In this document: positions 26,989 through 27,525 of the stretch, one piece after another
How the letters are laid out: each line of letters opens with the position of its first letter
How positions within the stretch are numbered: position 1 is the stretch's first letter
Origin: a virus
Taxonomy: Duplodnaviria > Caudoviricetes
IMG/VR virus record: IMGVR_UViG_3300005512_000266
Coordinates: 1-27,525 of that record
DNA length: 27,525 nt
Direction: 5' to 3' (one strand)
Program-made: the position numbers and the translations under genes
The notes under the pieces: model-generated
What the model was told of the DNA's origin: nothing
The model's database searches: none
Seen by the model: only the letters and a program-made list of their open reading frames with translations

Positions 26989-27285
26989 TCAGTCTCCTTT
27001 TCTTGTTTGTTTGTGACGGCGGTATAGATCATCGTCCGTCATCAATATCCATTCCTTGATTGTCTCTGGCCTCCAATGGTCCTTTCCGTTCAGAACTGCG
27101 TCGGGTTCCCCTCCTTTTGGCCTCCGCCATTTATACATGTTGCTTGAAAGTGAGTTGTAATTGATGCCTTTCATAACACAGGCACGTTTCAGATTGATCC
27201 ATGGATCCGGCCATGTAGAAATACCGGATATGATCTCGTACAAGCGGGCTACCTTTGTTTCTAGCTCTGCAATCTTTCTTTCCAT
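26989..27285 (-). CDS. Xis/Cox-like winged HTH DNA-binding protein
   Basis: WINLKRACVMKGINYNSL..RP..G...WRPETIKEW matches the excisionase/AlpA-like pattern; first gene of the early operon. Confidence 0.65.
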   Translation of the reverse strand: MERKIAELETKVARLYEIISGISTWPDPWINLKRACVMKGINYNSLSSNMYKWRRPKGGEPDAVLNGKDHWRPETIKEWILMTDDDLYRRHKQTRKGD

Positions 27286-27289
27286 ATTC

Positions 27290-27318
27290 TTGACACCACG
27301 GTTACAATGGCATATTGT
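27290..27318 (+). promoter_or_regulatory. sigma70-type promoter for repressor gene
   Basis: TTGACA (27290-95), 17 bp, TATTGT (27313-18). Confidence 0.55.
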
Positions 27319-27320
27319 AA
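27302..27320. promoter_or_regulatory. palindromic operator candidate
   Basis: TTACAAT-GGCAT-ATTGTAA, a perfect 7-bp inverted repeat covering the rightward -10 and the leftward transcript start region. Confidence 0.6.
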
Positions 27321-27329
27321 ATATAGAGC

Positions 27330-27358
27330 ATCATATTATAAACATCACATCTAGTCAA
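27330..27358 (-). promoter_or_regulatory. sigma70-type early lytic promoter
   Basis: On the - strand: TTGACT (27358-53), 17 bp, TATGAT (27335-30). Confidence 0.65.
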
Positions 27359-27395
27359 GTTTATCCGCAATAAATGATGCATTCAGGAGTTGAGT

Positions 27396-27525
27396 ATGAA
27401 AGAGAAAAATGACTTCCTTCAAAACATTGGTATGTTACTTGCAAAAATGGGGCGTGATAGGGTTTGGCTATCAAAGGTGTCGGGAGTTAAAGTCAATACA
27501 ATAAACTCGATTTTCATCAACAATC
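27396..27525 (+). CDS. XRE-family HTH repressor (cI-like), partial
   Basis: Not in the ORF track. SD AGGAG; MKEKNDFLQNIGMLLAKMGRDRVWLSKVSGVKVNTINSIF is open to the window end and divergent from the early operon. Confidence 0.72.
   Translation, partial: MKEKNDFLQNIGMLLAKMGRDRVWLSKVSGVKVNTINSIFINN

Noticed and set aside
1-27525. Stop-codon reassignment
   Set aside because: Genes are full length and tightly packed under the standard code, and all three stops are used as terminators.

Overview
The window holds most of a compact temperate, short-tailed (podovirus-like) dsDNA phage genome in its excised (attP) form. The + strand from 1 to 21146 is one tightly coupled late region: probable end of an upstream gene, portal, scaffold, major capsid, head-tail adaptor, tail nozzle, DNA-ejection proteins, tail fibre and a lysis cassette. 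Next come attP (3' half of tRNA-Gly(CCC), flanked by four 12-bp arm repeats), a tyrosine integrase, a leftward early operon (Xis/Cox-like HTH, Sak4-like ATPase, SSB, PD-(D/E)XK exonuclease, initiator-like fragment, DnaC-like ATPase, Hjc-like resolvase, HExxH membrane protein) and the start of a divergent HTH repressor. A spirochaete host is inferred from remembered resemblance of the integrase N-terminus and a DUF261-like gene; this is unverified. The most unusual part is the lysis cassette. It has no recognisable canonical endolysin or Rz/Rz1 pair. In their place are a Cys-His-Asp DUF261-like protein and two almost fully overlapping membrane coiled-coil genes whose starts lie 7 nt apart behind one compound SD. 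One gene is N-anchored; the other has a signal peptide plus a C-terminal anchor. This is a candidate new spanin/membrane-fusion system. All family calls come from reading motifs by eye; no searches were run.
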